Source: an uncultured Verrucomicrobiae bacterium
GTDB lineage: Bacteria > Verrucomicrobiota > Verrucomicrobiia > Opitutales > JABDGR01
Assembly: GCA_963765205.1 (NCBI GenBank)
Contig: CAVXVB010000007.1
Coordinates: forward strand, 224,001-288,000
Direction of reading: 5' to 3'
Length of the DNA: 64,000 bases
Shown here piece after piece: positions 22,529 to 33,846 of the stretch. Numbering within the stretch: position 1 is the first letter of the stretch; every line of letters begins with the position of its first letter. A program made the position numbers and the translations under genes. Under the pieces are notes generated by a model. That model was not told where the DNA came from, ran no database searches, and saw only the letters and a program-made list of their open reading frames with translations.

Positions 22529-23218
22529 ATGCGTTCCGACGAACTCTTTACCCTGCCGCCGTCGCTGGCGCGATTTGCGCCGTTTTTTGCGCCCGATGTT
22601 CCGCCGTGGGCGTGGGTCGAGCGCATCGTCGCCGCGCTGGCCAGCGTGCCCGCGCAGGAATTCGCGCCGCGCCCAGATGTGCCCACCGGACTCCACTTGG
22701 AGGGTTTGGTTTTTCTGCACCCAACCGTGAAACTGCCGCCCTACGGGGTGATCCAAGGCCCGGCCTGGATTGGCGCGCACACGGAAATCCGCCCCGGCGT
22801 TTTTATTCGCGGAAATGTAATCGTCGGCGAACACGGCGTCCTCGGCAACAGTTGCGAATACAAAAACTGCCTGCTGCTCGACCGTGTGCAGACCCCGCAC
22901 TATAATTACGTTGGAGACTCGGTACTCGGCAACCGCGCGCACCTCGGCGCGGGCGCGATTTGCGCCAACCAGCGCCTCGATAAGAAGCCCGTCCCCGTGC
23001 AAACCCCCGCCGGGCGCGTTGCCACGACCCTGCGCAAACTCGGCGCGCTCCTGGGCGACGATGCCGAAGCGGGCTGCAACGCGGTGCTGCAACCCGGCGC
23101 GATTTTGGGCCGGCGCGCCGCCGTGCTCCCCGCGATGGCCTTCGCCGGCTACCTTCCACCGAACACCCTCGCCGTCGCCACCCGCGCCGAAATCCGCCAG
23201 CTGCCCCGGCCGGAGTGA
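22529..23218 (+). CDS. LpxA/GlmU-like hexapeptide-repeat transferase
   Basis: IQGPAWIGAHTEIRPGVFIRGNVIVG, PHYNYVGDSVLGNRAHLGAG. Confidence 0.85.
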   Translation: MRSDELFTLPPSLARFAPFFAPDVPPWAWVERIVAALASVPAQEFAPRPDVPTGLHLEGLVFLHPTVKLPPYGVIQGPAWIGAHTEIRPGVFIRGNVIVGEHGVLGNSCEYKNCLLLDRVQTPHYNYVGDSVLGNRAHLGAGAICANQRLDKKPVPVQTPAGRVATTLRKLGALLGDDAEAGCNAVLQPGAILGRRAAVLPAMAFAGYLPPNTLAVATRAEIRQLPRPE

Positions 23219-23263
23219 ATGGTGGAACCATCGCCGCCGATTGGGGTTTAAAACTTGCACTCT

Positions 23264-23560
23264 ATGCATGCCAAACCACAAGTGACTTGCGTTTGGGTTG
23301 CCGGCCTCCTGGTGGTGGGCTGGCTGGCGGGCGGCTGCGCCGATGTGGATGACGACTACGCGCGGGACGCCGCGATTGTCCCCATTGCGGCGGGCAGTGT
23401 CCTGGTTGAAGGCGCCGTGCAGAGTAAAGTGGATGATTCCGACCTCCAGTATGAGCAGACACATCCTGTGAATTCTTTTGATGATTTTGAAGAGTCGTTC
23501 CATCCCTCATCCGACGCTCCCTGGTCGGACCCCTTCAATAGCGGCGTGCGCGGGCATTGA
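23264..23560 (+). CDS. Small putative lipoprotein
   Basis: Hydrophobic leader ending LAGGC; acidic mature part. Confidence 0.5.
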   Translation: MHAKPQVTCVWVAGLLVVGWLAGGCADVDDDYARDAAIVPIAAGSVLVEGAVQSKVDDSDLQYEQTHPVNSFDDFEESFHPSSDAPWSDPFNSGVRGH

Positions 23561-23584
23561 TTAGCCATTCGCAAATTTTCAGAA

Positions 23585-24019
23585 TCACCGGATAAAAAGG
23601 TCGGCGGGGACGCAAAAACGGTCACTCAATCGGCGGAAATCTTCCGGCGTCAGTTTGCGCTGTCCGCTTAAGATGCGGCTCGCCACCGACGGGTCAACCT
23701 TGAGCAGTCGCGCCAAGTCCTTTACGGCCAGCCCATTTTCCTCGAGCAAATAGCGCAGCATCTCCAATCCGCTAATTTTCTGCTTTGGCGCAGGCTCGGT
23801 TCGGTCTTCGTAAACCTCGACGAAAGTCGTCACAGCGTCCAAATAATCGTCCTGGTCTCTGTTTAGCTTAAACCCGGCGAGCCAATCAACTATTTCCATG
23901 GCAGCTTCGTAATCCTGTTCATCTCGAATAGGCCGCGGAATATAGACTCGGGCCAATTCCTCGTAGGTCTCTGGAATACTTTTGGCCGGCAGCCGGGAAA
24001 GGGAAACACGATGGCTCAT
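23585..24019 (-). CDS. higA: HigA-type antitoxin (HTH)
   Basis: PRPIRDEQDYEAA...VEVYED...LRYLLEENGL...ASRILSGQRKLT. Confidence 0.88.
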   Translation of the reverse strand: MSHRVSLSRLPAKSIPETYEELARVYIPRPIRDEQDYEAAMEIVDWLAGFKLNRDQDDYLDAVTTFVEVYEDRTEPAPKQKISGLEMLRYLLEENGLAVKDLARLLKVDPSVASRILSGQRKLTPEDFRRLSDRFCVPADLFIR

Positions 24020-24120
24020 GTCGTTAATCTAGGCGTAGTTCAGGTTTTTGGCAAGAGAAAATTGCTACATTGGCATCATCGCCATCGCTTAGTTTTCACT
24101 TCGGATTGGCCTGCGGTATT

Positions 24121-24429
24121 TTAGTGATGGTTCTTCCATTCGTTTTTGGAATATTCCGCATGGGGCAAAAAATCCCGGATGTATACACGACCTCGATCGA
24201 AATGAACATGGACAATAAGTCTGAAATTTTTACCTTGAATATTAATGACTTGTAAAATCCTTCCGGTTTTAACCACACATTGATCCGCATGGTTGAAATT
24301 GTTCTTGAGGTCATTAAATGAGCACCAGGTCATTGCTTCAGCCAGTTGTTTAAATCGGCTTAACGCAGGGGCGGATGTTGGATGTCTTCGCGCATATTCG
24401 CGCAACCGTCGAGGAGCAATTATTCTCAT
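24121..24429 (-). CDS. higB: HigB-type toxin
   Basis: MRIIAPRRLREYARRHP...W.SFNDLKNNFNHADQ...NIQGKNFRLI...FLPHAEY. Confidence 0.88.
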   Translation of the reverse strand: MRIIAPRRLREYARRHPTSAPALSRFKQLAEAMTWCSFNDLKNNFNHADQCVVKTGRILQVINIQGKNFRLIVHVHFDRGRVYIRDFLPHAEYSKNEWKNHH

Positions 24430-24459
24430 TTTCGTGAGATTTTAGCATGACAGGGACAT

Positions 24460-25242
24460 TTACGTCAGCAGCAAATCGAGCGCGAGGCGGTGCAGGCGGG
24501 GGCTGGCGGCGAGGCAGGACTTGCCGCCGCCGACTTCGCCACCCTGCCAGTCCGTGATGACGCCGCCCGCGCCGCGGATGATTGGCACCAGCGGGAGCAC
24601 ATCCCATGCGTTGTGCGCGACGCTGTCGCCCATCAGGTCGGCGCGACCCGTGGCCACGAGCAGGTAGCCGAAGCAATCGCCCCACGTCCGTACCAGCCCG
24701 GCTGCGCCCAGCAGCCGCTTCCGTGCCGCCGCACTGTGGAGCTGCGGGATATCGGAACCCAGCGAGGTGGTCAGCAGCGTGGCCTCCGGCAGGGTGCGCG
24801 TGTCGCGCACGCGCACCGGCGCACCGTTGAGCGTCGTCGCCGCGCCGTCGCCCACACATAACAAATTCAGAATCGGCTGGTGGATCGCGCCCAAAACCGG
24901 TCGGCCCTCGTGCAGCAGCCCGATGAGCGTCCCGAACAGCGGGACGCCATGCACAAACGACTTCGTGCCATCAATCGGGTCGAGCACCCAGGTCCAGTCC
25001 GCGTCGGCGCGTTCGGGCCCGTATTCCTCGGCCAGAATCCCGTGTTGGGGAAAGCGCGCGTTGATGAGGCGGCGCATCGCCGCCTCGGCCCCGCGGTCGG
25101 CCTCGGTCACGGGCGAAAGGTCGCTCTTGTGCTCAACGGCCAGCGCGGGGTCCCAAAAGTGCTGTTGCACAATCGGCCCGCTGGCGGCGACCAATTCCCC
25201 AATGAAGTCGCGATAGATGCTAAAATTCGGGCCGGTGCTCAT
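24460..25242 (-). CDS. hisN: Inositol monophosphatase family, probable histidinol-phosphatase
   Basis: SPVTEADR, WVLDPIDGTKSF, GDCFGY, WDVLPLVPIIRGAGG. Confidence 0.8.
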   Translation of the reverse strand: MSTGPNFSIYRDFIGELVAASGPIVQQHFWDPALAVEHKSDLSPVTEADRGAEAAMRRLINARFPQHGILAEEYGPERADADWTWVLDPIDGTKSFVHGVPLFGTLIGLLHEGRPVLGAIHQPILNLLCVGDGAATTLNGAPVRVRDTRTLPEATLLTTSLGSDIPQLHSAAARKRLLGAAGLVRTWGDCFGYLLVATGRADLMGDSVAHNAWDVLPLVPIIRGAGGVITDWQGGEVGGGKSCLAASPRLHRLALDLLLT

Positions 25243-25260
25243 TTTTTCATTCTACTCAAG

Positions 25261-25336
25261 GGAAGATGGAAAATGGAAGATGGAAAAATGCCGAGTTATG
25301 AAGTTGTTTTTCCATTTTTCATCTTCCATTTTCCAT
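25261..25336. repeat. GATGGAA/AATGGAA heptamer inverted-repeat hairpin between divergent genes
   Basis: Left arm 25261-25288, right arm 25307-25336; same unit as 1117-1217 and 50246-50276. Confidence 0.85.
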
Positions 25337-25338
25337 GC

Positions 25339-26022
25339 ATGAGTTGGATTTCCACTCCCATCCATGTGCTCGACTTCGAGGGCGGCCGCTCGAGCGGCGT
25401 CGTCGAATACGGCGTGGCCACGCTGCTGGATGGAGGAATCACCGGCACGCACACGCGCCTCTGCGCGCCCGCCGGGCCGGTCGCGGCCGCCGAATGCGCG
25501 CTGCACGGCATCTCAGCGGCGGACACTGCCGGGGTGGCGCCTTTCTCCGCCGAGCAGGCTCTCTTTGCCGAACTCCGACAAAGCGGCCCCTTCGCCGCGC
25601 ACCACGCGCCCGTCGAGCGCGCCTTGCTGCGCCGCGCCTGGCCCGTGCCGCCCGCCGTGCCGGACTTTGCCGCGACCAACCCCGCCGCCGCGCCGCGTGT
25701 GGCCGATTGGGGCCCGTGGCTGGACACCCGCCGCATTTACGAAAGCCTTTACCCCAACCTACCCAGTTACCAGCTCAGCGATCTCGTCGCCACCTTTTCG
25801 CTTGCGGAAAATTTGGCCGCTCTCGCCGCGCAATTTTGCCCCGCCCGCCGCCGCCGGCCGCATTGTGCGCTTTTCGACGCTCTTGCCGCCGCGCTGCTCC
25901 TCGCCCGCCTCGCGCAGGAACCGTCAATCGCAGGCGCGCCGCTGGCATGGCTGCTGGCCCAATCCGTCCCACCCGACCAGGCCGAAGTCATCAATCAAGG
26001 CGAGTTTTTGATGGGGGAGTGA
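25339..26022 (+). CDS. DEDDh 3'-5' exonuclease
   Basis: VLDFEG, AAHHAPVE, WLDT, HCALFDA. Confidence 0.85.
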   Translation: MSWISTPIHVLDFEGGRSSGVVEYGVATLLDGGITGTHTRLCAPAGPVAAAECALHGISAADTAGVAPFSAEQALFAELRQSGPFAAHHAPVERALLRRAWPVPPAVPDFAATNPAAAPRVADWGPWLDTRRIYESLYPNLPSYQLSDLVATFSLAENLAALAAQFCPARRRRPHCALFDALAAALLLARLAQEPSIAGAPLAWLLAQSVPPDQAEVINQGEFLMGE

Positions 26023-26023
26023 C

Positions 26024-29000
26024 TTATGCTGCTCCGCCGTTGATGCAGGTGGCGAGGGCTTCGAGGAGTTCCTGGTTGCGGTAGGGCTTGAGGAGGAAGT
26101 CCTGCACACCCATGCGGCGGAGGGCCTCGACGCGGGTGTCGTGGTTCACGCCGGAGGTGGCGATGACGCGCACGCCGGGGCGCAGCTCGCGCAGGGTCTT
26201 GAGCGTGGCGACGCCGTCCATGCGCGGCATCATCACATCGAGTAGCACGACTTTAATTTCGCCGCCGCGCGCCTTCATCACCTCGATGGCCTGCAAACCG
26301 TCCGACGCTTCGAGCACGGTGTAGCCGCGTTGGCCGAGAATGAACGCCACAGCCTGGCGCAGAGGCACTTCGTCGTCCACGACAAGGACGGTGTGGCCGA
26401 GGCCGGCTTTGGCTTCCGCCGCGCGCTCGGCGGATTTTTTGAGCGTGGAATTGCCGGGCGCCGTGGGCGGTGGGGTGGGCAGCTCGGCCGAAGCGGGGAG
26501 GTAGATTACAAACATCGTGCCCTGCGGCCCGGTGGACTCCAGCTCGATGATGCCGTTGTGTTCCTGCATGATGCCGAGCGCGGTGGACAGGCCTAGGCCG
26601 GTGCCCTTGCCCACGTCTTTCGTGGTAAAGAACGGCTCAAAAATTTTCTCGCGGATGGGCGGGGGGATGCCGGTGCCGGCATCCGAGACGCGAATGCGCA
26701 CATGCGGGCCGGGCGCCGCGCCGGGGAAGCTCGCCGTCTGCGCGCTGCCGAGCACCACGTTGTCGGCCGCCAGCGTGATGACGCCGCCGGCGGGCATGGC
26801 GTCGCGGCTGTTGACGCACAAATTCATCAGCACCTGCAAAATCTGCGTCGAGTCGGCCTTGACCGGCGCGAGGGCGGGGTCGAGGCGGATGTCGAGGCGC
26901 ACGTCGCGCGGGAAGCTTTCGCGCACGAGGCGCTCGAGTTCGCCGATGATGGGCACCAGCCAGAGCGGCTCGCGCTTGCCGCGCCGCCCGCGGGAGAATG
27001 TCAGCACTTGCTGCACCAGCTCGGAGGCGCGGTTGATGGAGATGTCCATCACCTCGATGATTTCGCGCTCCTTGCCTGCGAAGGGCAGCGTCTTCATGAA
27101 CTCCGCGCCGAGACGCAGGGGCGCGAGGATGTTGTTCAAATCGTGCGCGATGCCGCCGGCGAGGTTGCCAATGCTTTCGAGGCGCTGCGCGCGGGCCAGG
27201 CGCTCCTCGAGGGAGCGCTGGCTGGTGATGTCCTCCATGATCTCGACGCAGTGGGTGACGTTGCCGGCCTCGTCGAAAATCGGGAACAGGTTGGCGCGCA
27301 CAGTGAAGTGCCGCCCGTCCTTGGCGCGGTTGACATATTCGCCCTCCCACTTCTTGCCCTGGCGCAAGCGCGCCCACAATTCCGTGTAAAACTCGACCGG
27401 CGTCTTGGCGGACTTGAGCAACTGCGGCATCTGCCCGAGCAATTCCTCCTGCGGGTAGCCGGAGACCTCACAGAATTTTCGGTTGGCATAGTCTATCACG
27501 CCATCCGGGTTGGTGATGAGGATGGCGACCGGGCTTTGCTCGACCACCTGGGAGAGGCGCCGCAACGTCTGCTCCTGGGCGAAGCGGTGCGACACGTCCA
27601 TGACCAGCCCGAGGATGGCCGGCTCGCCCTCGTGCTCGGAGGCGATGCCATGCCCCTGCACCGCCACCGCGGCGCCTTGCGGCCCGGCTAGGCGGAAGAG
27701 AAGCGTGGCCTCGCGCCCGGTGCCGGCATACAGCGGGCGGAGGCGCTCCGCCGTCACGGCGCGATCTTCGGGTAGGAGCAATTCGAGGAATTCAGGGCGC
27801 AGCGGCGGGCGCGCGCCGCCGGAACGGGCGATGGCCCAGAACTTCGGGTTCGCGTAAACCACGCGGTTCTCCTGCAAAATGAAAATCCCCGCCAGCGACT
27901 GCTCGACCAGGCCGCGGAACTTTTCCTCGGCCAGCTTGACGCGCGTCAAATCCACCGCCGTGCCCTGGATGCGCGCGCCGCCCAGCCCGGCCGTGGTTTC
28001 GAGGGCGAAGGCAAGTTGGAACCAGCGATACGAGCCGTCGCGGTGCCGCAGCCGCGCTTCGATGATTTGGCGCGCGCCCGGCTCGCGCTGGGCGGCGGCC
28101 AGCGCCTCCTCGAAGCGCGGGCGGTCTTCCGGCAAAAACAATTCGAGCCATTGCGGGACGCGCGCGAGGAAATCCTTCGGGGAATAGCCCAGCAGTTCGG
28201 ACAAGGGGTCCTCCCAGCTAAAATTGCCCTGCGGCGTGGCCAGCGACCACAACCCCGCGCCGCCAGCCTGGGCGGTGAGGGAATAGCGCTGCTGCTCGCG
28301 GCGCAAATCCTCGGCCACCGCTTCGCGTTCGGTGACATCCAAACCGAGGGCGAGCACGCTTTCCGGCAAGCCGTTTTCGCCCGGCAGCACGGAAATGTGC
28401 CACTCGATCAACCGGAGCGAGCCATCAAGCGCCAGATGGCGCATAGTCATGATCCGCCCGGCTTTTTCCGCGCCGGTGGCGGGCGCAAGGGCCTCGCGCA
28501 AGGTGGCCACTCCCGCCCCATCCACCCAACCGAGCTCCTCCGCCCGCTTGCCCAACACCTCCATCGCGCGCCAGCCAAAGACGGCCTCGGCCCGGCCGGT
28601 CCATTCCTTCACCCGCCGTTCCGAGTCCAGCTCGACGACCACGAGCGGCGTGTTTTCAAAATGCAAATGCTGCTTGCGGAAAAATTCGCGCTGGTGCTGT
28701 TCGGAGCCGGACGCCAGCTCCTTCGCCTGTTGCTGCAACTGCTTCACATGCCGGGCCTGCTGGCGCGAACGCCACAATTGCCCCGCCAATAACAGCAGCA
28801 CAAACGTCAGCGTCGCCCCGCGATAGAACGCGCCCACCTGGCCTTTCCACACCGCGTCGCCCTGCGACAAATCCGGCAAAAAGTCGGTTACATCCTCCTC
28901 ATAAGGCGTGCCGTCTGCGGTAAACCGTTGCACGGTGTGTTTCACACCCGCCGTGCCTGCGACCGGTGCGCTGGCCGGCGGCAGCGTGGAAGAACCCGCC

Positions 29001-29086
29001 GGGGGCGCTGAAGGCGCCGGTTGTGCGAAGGCCCCGGCCGCCAACGCCACCGCCGCGCCGAGGCTCCAAAGAGTCGCGCGGATCAT
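26024..29086 (-). CDS. Hybrid multi-PAS sensor histidine kinase with receiver domain
   Basis: Several PAS/PAC repeats, AGGIAHDLNNIL, NLCVNSRDAM, FFTTKDVGKGTGLGL, LVVDDE...LLDVMMPRMDG. Start uncertain. Confidence 0.93.
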   Translation of the reverse strand: MIRATLWSLGAAVALAAGAFAQPAPSAPPAGSSTLPPASAPVAGTAGVKHTVQRFTADGTPYEEDVTDFLPDLSQGDAVWKGQVGAFYRGATLTFVLLLLAGQLWRSRQQARHVKQLQQQAKELASGSEQHQREFFRKQHLHFENTPLVVVELDSERRVKEWTGRAEAVFGWRAMEVLGKRAEELGWVDGAGVATLREALAPATGAEKAGRIMTMRHLALDGSLRLIEWHISVLPGENGLPESVLALGLDVTEREAVAEDLRREQQRYSLTAQAGGAGLWSLATPQGNFSWEDPLSELLGYSPKDFLARVPQWLELFLPEDRPRFEEALAAAQREPGARQIIEARLRHRDGSYRWFQLAFALETTAGLGGARIQGTAVDLTRVKLAEEKFRGLVEQSLAGIFILQENRVVYANPKFWAIARSGGARPPLRPEFLELLLPEDRAVTAERLRPLYAGTGREATLLFRLAGPQGAAVAVQGHGIASEHEGEPAILGLVMDVSHRFAQEQTLRRLSQVVEQSPVAILITNPDGVIDYANRKFCEVSGYPQEELLGQMPQLLKSAKTPVEFYTELWARLRQGKKWEGEYVNRAKDGRHFTVRANLFPIFDEAGNVTHCVEIMEDITSQRSLEERLARAQRLESIGNLAGGIAHDLNNILAPLRLGAEFMKTLPFAGKEREIIEVMDISINRASELVQQVLTFSRGRRGKREPLWLVPIIGELERLVRESFPRDVRLDIRLDPALAPVKADSTQILQVLMNLCVNSRDAMPAGGVITLAADNVVLGSAQTASFPGAAPGPHVRIRVSDAGTGIPPPIREKIFEPFFTTKDVGKGTGLGLSTALGIMQEHNGIIELESTGPQGTMFVIYLPASAELPTPPPTAPGNSTLKKSAERAAEAKAGLGHTVLVVDDEVPLRQAVAFILGQRGYTVLEASDGLQAIEVMKARGGEIKVVLLDVMMPRMDGVATLKTLRELRPGVRVIATSGVNHDTRVEALRRMGVQDFLLKPYRNQELLEALATCINGGAA

Positions 29087-29288
29087 CACCGGCCATCGAG
29101 ATAATTTCCAAGCAGCCATGCAGCGTATAAGGATATATCCCCAAGGCGGCCCCGAAAAGCAAAATCCTTTGCCCAACGAGGGGATTTCGATAAGGCTTTT
29201 TGCAGGTTTGCGGCGAAAAAACGCGGGGTTTGCCTTATCCGCCTTTGGTAAAAATTTGGACTCAGCCTGTGCCCGCCTCCGCCTTGCC

Positions 29289-32200
29289 TCAATTTGTGAT
29301 GACGGTCACGCCGTTGCTGGTGCGATAGCTGCCGCTCTGCGGGATGTCGGGCAGCGGGCCGGGCGCGCTGCGCGGCTGCTGCGCGTTGGCCTGGTTCTGG
29401 AGAGTCGTGATCAGGGTGGTGCGCTGCTGGTCGGTCAGGCCTGGGGTGGACTGGAGGGCGGTGATGGCGGCGTCAGGGTCTTTATTACCCCATTGGGTGG
29501 TCACTGTGCGGATGGCGTTCGCGCGTTGCGTGGGGTCGTCAATCGTCGTGGCCCAATTAAAAGCCGTGGCAGGGTCGCTGGCGGCTTGTGAGGTGACGAG
29601 GCGGGTGACGGCGGTGTCGCGCGGGGAGCCGGTCGGCAGCGTGTTGATCCATTGGGAGGCGGCGGAGGGATTGTCCCGCAGCCAGTTGGTCGCAATCGTG
29701 CCCACGGCGTTGTCGAGCGAGGAGCCGGTCAACCCGCTGGAGTTAAGCAAATTCACCGCCGTGGCGGGATCCTGGCTGCTCCAAGTGCTGATGACGTTGC
29801 CCACGATTTGGTTGCGCGTGTCGCCCACAGGCAGTTGCTCGGCGTAATCATAGGCGGCTTGCGGGTCGGCATTGGCGAGTTGGGAGACGGCGGTGCCGAG
29901 GGCGGCGTTGCGCTCGGAGGTGTCGGGCAATCCGCTGGCCCATTGGAGGGCGGCGTTCGGGTCGGTCTGCGCCCAGGTGCGCGCCAGGTTGTTGGCGACG
30001 TTGTTCACGTTCACATCGTTCGGCGAGACGTTTTGCAAATACGCGGCGGTCGCGGCCGGGTCGGAATTGGACCAGGTGTCGAGGACGTTTTGCAGGGCGC
30101 TTTTGCGCGCCTGCGTGTCTTCGAGGCTGTCGCCCGGCAACTGCTGCACCCAGGTAAGCGCGGATTGCACGTCGTTTTGCGCCCAACTGCTGGCGAGGTT
30201 CGCGATGGAGCTGCTTTTGGCGGTGCCATCGTCCATTTGTGCGATGTAACTGGCGGCGCTGGCGGGGTCGCTCTGGCCCAACTGGCCGAGGATGCGGGTG
30301 ACGGTATTGTCGTAAGTGCCCGAACCGGCGGCGGTATCCACCCATTGGAGGGCGGCATTCGGGTCCGTGTTGGCCCAACTGACGGCGATTTGCTGGACCA
30401 GCGTGCTGCGGCGGTTGCTGTCGGGCAATTGGTCGAGCGCGGCTGCTGCTGCTGCGGGATCCTCGTTGGCCATGCCCCCAATGATGCTACCCAAGGCGTT
30501 GTTGTGCTCGGTACCCTGGAGAGTATTGGCCCAGTCGAGCGCGGCCTGCGGGTCGGCATTGCCCCACGAGTTGGCGATGGCCTGCAGGGCGTTGGTGCGC
30601 GCGCGGCCCACACCCAGGCTCGCGGCGCTCGCGGCGGCGGCGACGGGGTCCTGGTTGGCCCACTGGCTAAAGATGTTGTTGTAGGAATTTGGGTCTTGCT
30701 GCGTCAACGGCAGGCTTTGGAGCAGGGCGAGCGTGGCTTGCGGGTCGTTATTGGCCATGGTGTTCAGGATGTTGTTTTCCGCGTTGCGGCGGGTTTGTGC
30801 GTTGGTGATGTTGCCCAGCGCGGCGAAAGCGGCGTCGGGGTCCTCATTCGCCCAACCGCTATAAAGGCCCTGGATGGCTTGCTCGCGGGCCTGGCCGTTG
30901 GTGATGTTAGCGATGCTGGCGAGCGCGCCTTGCGGGTCGTTCTGCGCCCATTGGGAGTAGACGTTGTTCCAAATCCACGGCTGGTTGAGGCCGACCATCA
31001 TGCCGGGAGTCTGCAAAAGTTTCACGGCGCTTTCGGGATCGCGCCAGGCCATTTGTTGAACGGTGTTCTGGATGATGTCGCGGCGCAAGGGCGCGTTGTC
31101 CAGGCTCTGCACGGCATCAATGGCGGCGGTCGGGTCGTTTTGCATCCAGGCGTTGAAGACGCCCTCCACGGCCTGGCGGCCGCCCTTGCCCAACGGCAGG
31201 GCCTGGGCGGCGGCGAGGGCGGCTTGCGGGTCGTTCTGCGCCCAGGCGCCAAAGACCTGGTTGTAGATATTGGAGTTTCGCGAGAGGCCCGCGCTGCCCA
31301 GCGAATCCAGCAGCGCGAGCGCGGCCTGCGGGTCGGTCTGGGCGAGGTTTTGCGCGATCTCGCCCACGATATTATTGCGCGTCGGGCCGACCGGCAGCTT
31401 GGCCAGGGCGGCCATCATGGCGTCGTCGTCAAACATGATCCAGTCCTGGAAAACCGCCTGCAAGGCATTGTCGCGGTTATTATTGCCCTTGAGTTTCAGC
31501 GCCGCCGCGAAGGCCGCCTGCGGATCGCGCCGCGCCCAGCGGTCGAAAATGTTGCGGTATTGCCAGTTGTTATTGTTGCCGAGGGGGATGGCGGCGAGGA
31601 GCTTGAGGGCCGCGTCCGGGTTGGTGTCCACCAGGTTCAGGGCCAGGTCGGGCACGATGGCGCGCTGCGCGATGAGGGGCAAATCCTTGAGCGCAGCCAG
31701 CGCGTCCTCGGCTTTGTATTGCGCCCAGAAACTGAAGACCCCCGCCAGGGCGGCGTTGCGAAAACTTTCATGGGTGATGGCCTTGGCTGCCGCGAAGGCG
31801 TCGCTCGTGCTGCGCTGGGCCCAGGCTGCAAAAACGTTGTGGTAAGTGTTTTGGTCGTCGCGCGCTTCGCTCAAGGTTTGCAGGTGCGCATAGGCGGACA
31901 ACGGGTCCAGGCGGGCCTCGGCCACGAGCAGTTCGCCGACAATTTGCCGGCGAATTTCCGCGTGCGGCTCCTTGTCCAGCGCGCTCCAGGCGGCCGCCAC
32001 GTCAATTTTGCCCCAGGTTTCCATGACGCCGCGCAGGGCATCCGCATGATCGGTGGGTTGGTCAATTTTCATGGCCGCGTTGTAGGCGCTCGCGGGGTCC
32101 TGCCGCGCCCAGGCGGCAAACAGGGGGCTGAGGTGACCGCTGCCATTGTTGACGACAAAGCCACCGTCTTCATCGTAGTAACTGCCGCCGGGGTTATTGG

Positions 32201-32820
32201 CGCCGCCTTCGTAATCCGCCGGCGGCAGCGCGAGGGCGGCGCCCGTCGCGGCCACCGGGTCGCTTTGCACCCAGGTGTTGAGGACTTCATTGATGGCGCC
32301 GATGCGGCGTTGGGTCGTGTCCAGCGCCTCCGCGGCGGTCAGCGCGTCTTTCGGCGCGATTTCGGCCCAAGCGGTAAAGACGTAATGGGTCACGGAATTG
32401 TCGCCTTCCACTTGTTCGGCGGCACGGGCGTGAATGACGGCATTTTTCGGATCGGAGGCCGCCCATTTCGCATACGCGCGCTGCCGCACATAATCGCGGT
32501 CGCTTTGGCGCGGCGCGGAAACCGCCTGGTTGAGCAAAGTTCCGAGCTGCGAAACCGCTGCTCTGGGCCACCAAAGCATCCACGGCTTGCGCACGTGCTT
32601 GGGCGGTGGGCGCGGCGAGCGCCTTACCGAGCGGGCTGGCGGCATCCCATGCGATGGGCGCGGGAGCGAGCGGAGGCAGGTCTGGCTGTTTTGCGGAGGC
32701 GCGAATCGGCAGGCGGCCTTTAGCCGGCGCGGCTTTGGGGACGTGGGCAAAATAGCCCGCGGTGGCGCCGACCACAAAAGCAGGCAGCACGAAAAGAAGG
32801 AATTTGCGGAAGGCTTTCAT
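29289..32820 (-). CDS. Large secreted alpha-helical repeat protein, one-base frameshift near 32555
   Basis: About 30 WAxxDPxAA repeats; the signal-like N-terminus MKAFRKFLLFVLPAFVVGATAGYF lies in an adjacent frame. Confidence 0.8.
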
Positions 32821-33287
32821 GGGCGGAAGCGAAGTTGAGCCGGCGTGGGCGGAGAAAACAAAAATACAAAATGGGCCGCAGCATCACCGGCGACCCGGAA
32901 GGCCAAAACGGGCACGGACGCCCCTGCTGCCATTAAGACGCAACGGGGTGCGTTTTGTTAAGCGTTATTGTGTAAAAGTTATGTCTCAAGGCCGCAATCC
33001 TAATCGGACTGTAAAAACCGCCGATTTTATAATCCCTGGTCCGGCACAGGCCGAAGAGATTCTTGCCACGCTTTACCCACAGAGAAAATGGAAACCGCAG
33101 ATGACGTAGATTTATTGGCCCAAATATCCAATCTGCGAAAATCTGCGCAATCGGCGGTTCCTTCCTCTCAATCAAAGGCAGTTCCCGCATCCGGTAAAAA
33201 TGGCTCGCCTCGGCGATACGGAGGATGGCAATCTTTTGGCTGCCTCAGCAACCCTGTTCACCCATCCCGCCCCGAAAGGAGCGCCTA

Positions 33288-33710
33288 ATGAAAACACTCT
33301 GGAAAAACACCCTGCTGGCCGCCGTTCTGGTCACTTGTGCCGGTGGCAGCCTGCTCCTCGGCCAACCCGCCCCCACGTTGCCCGTTCCGCCAGCTTCCTC
33401 CGGTTCCACGCCAGCCGCCGCCAGCGCGCGCGGTCCGGCCCGCGGCTTGCGGGGCAGCCTGGGGGAAGAACGCCAGCCACGGATGCGCGACGCCCTGCTG
33501 GATTTGAACTCTGCCCGGATCGCCCTGCGCGATGCCCTGCCTGACAAAGGCGGCTTCCGTGAAAAAGCCATCCAAGGCGTCGAGCAAGCCATCAAAGACG
33601 TGCAAGCCGGGATTGATTACGCCCGTGACCACCCCGATGAATTCCCCGCCGTGCCCGGTCGCGGCCCCGCCCTGCGCCCCGCCGCCCCCGCGCCCGCCGG
33701 CACGTCGTAG
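33288..33710 (+). CDS. Small secreted hypothetical protein
   Basis: Signal peptide; QPRMRDALLDL...DKGGFREKAI...DVQAGIDYA helical domain. Confidence 0.7.
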   Translation: MKTLWKNTLLAAVLVTCAGGSLLLGQPAPTLPVPPASSGSTPAAASARGPARGLRGSLGEERQPRMRDALLDLNSARIALRDALPDKGGFREKAIQGVEQAIKDVQAGIDYARDHPDEFPAVPGRGPALRPAAPAPAGTS

Positions 33711-33734
33711 GCGATGTCCTACCCCCCGAAAAAC

Positions 33735-33826
33735 AACCACGGATGGCACGGATAGCACGGATACATTTCCTCAGCAGAGCCGTTGCTTTGGTCTTTTTAT
33801 CCGTGCTATACGTGTCATCCATGGTT
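33735..33826. repeat. Nonamer (CACGGATAG) inverted-repeat hairpin
   Basis: AACCACGGATGGCACGGATAGCACGGATA ... TATCCGTGCTATACGTGTCATCCATGGTT. Confidence 0.8.
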
Positions 33827-33846
33827 TAATTTTAGAACAAAGCCAA

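Noticed and set aside
29652..32723. Long antisense ORFs (also 2214-3890, 12074-13636, 4814-6082 and others)
   Set aside because: Shadow frames of real genes, expected in high-GC DNA; no recognisable motifs.
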